A stretch of DNA of 64,000 nucleotides from positions 4,466,001 to 4,530,000 of the forward strand of contig NC_087250.1 of NCBI RefSeq assembly GCF_037042905.1, in the 5' to 3' direction. This document shows positions 63,801 to 64,000 of this stretch, piece after piece (position 1 is the first letter of the stretch; each line of letters starts with the position of its first letter). Source of the DNA: Lytechinus pictus (lineage: Eukaryota). Under the pieces are notes generated by a model that was given only the letters and a program-made list of their open reading frames with translations, was not told where the DNA came from and ran no database searches. Position numbers and translations under genes: made by a program.

Positions 63801-63885
63801 TTATGAAATTCCCGTCACTATATACCGATCTCACCCCCCCCCCCCCTTTCCCGGACCAAGGTTTTCACACTTCTCTTTTTTTCCC

Positions 63886-63947
63886 TTAACCCCGGGAAAT
63901 TGGTGGGGCTAAGGGGGGTCTTAGCCCCACCAATTTCCCGGGGTTAA
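63886..63947. repeat. Perfect 28-bp-stem GC-rich hairpin within a MITE cut by the window end
   Basis: ttaaccccgggaaattggtggggctaag / cttagccccaccaatttcccggggttaa. Confidence 0.8.
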
Positions 63948-64000
63948 ATAAGCTTAGCCCACTTCGTTTTCACACTACGTTTTAGCAAAGTGGGCTAGCA

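Overview
Eukaryotic, AT-rich, intron-containing genomic DNA. The repeat repertoire suggests an invertebrate deuterostome, probably a sea urchin (inference only). Three protein-coding genes could be assembled exon by exon. (1) CPSF3/CPSF73, the pre-mRNA 3'-end endonuclease, on + (15 coding exons, 1292-18477; first exon lies upstream of the window). (2, 3) Two tandem-duplicated NADP-type short-chain dehydrogenase/reductase genes (RDH11/12/13-, DHRSX-like) on - (24302-33619, 323 aa; 44360-61903, 329 aa), each with 8 coding exons of identical phase. The rest is dense mobile DNA: a 5'-truncated CR1-group LINE, tRNA-derived SINEs, Kolobok/Harbinger/hAT/Academ/EnSpm-type non-autonomous elements (often nested), a TU-like foldback element, and an inverted Penelope-like repeat with minimal hammerhead motifs. 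The most unusual observations are arrays of duplicated 'decoy' 3' splice site + exon-start copies in three separate CPSF3 introns, a GC-AG intron in CPSF3, and a tRNA-shaped sequence with a UCA anticodon split by a 4.3-kb transposon. Superfamily assignments rest on termini and target-site duplications (TSDs) read by eye; repeat boundaries are approximate unless a TSD is quoted.
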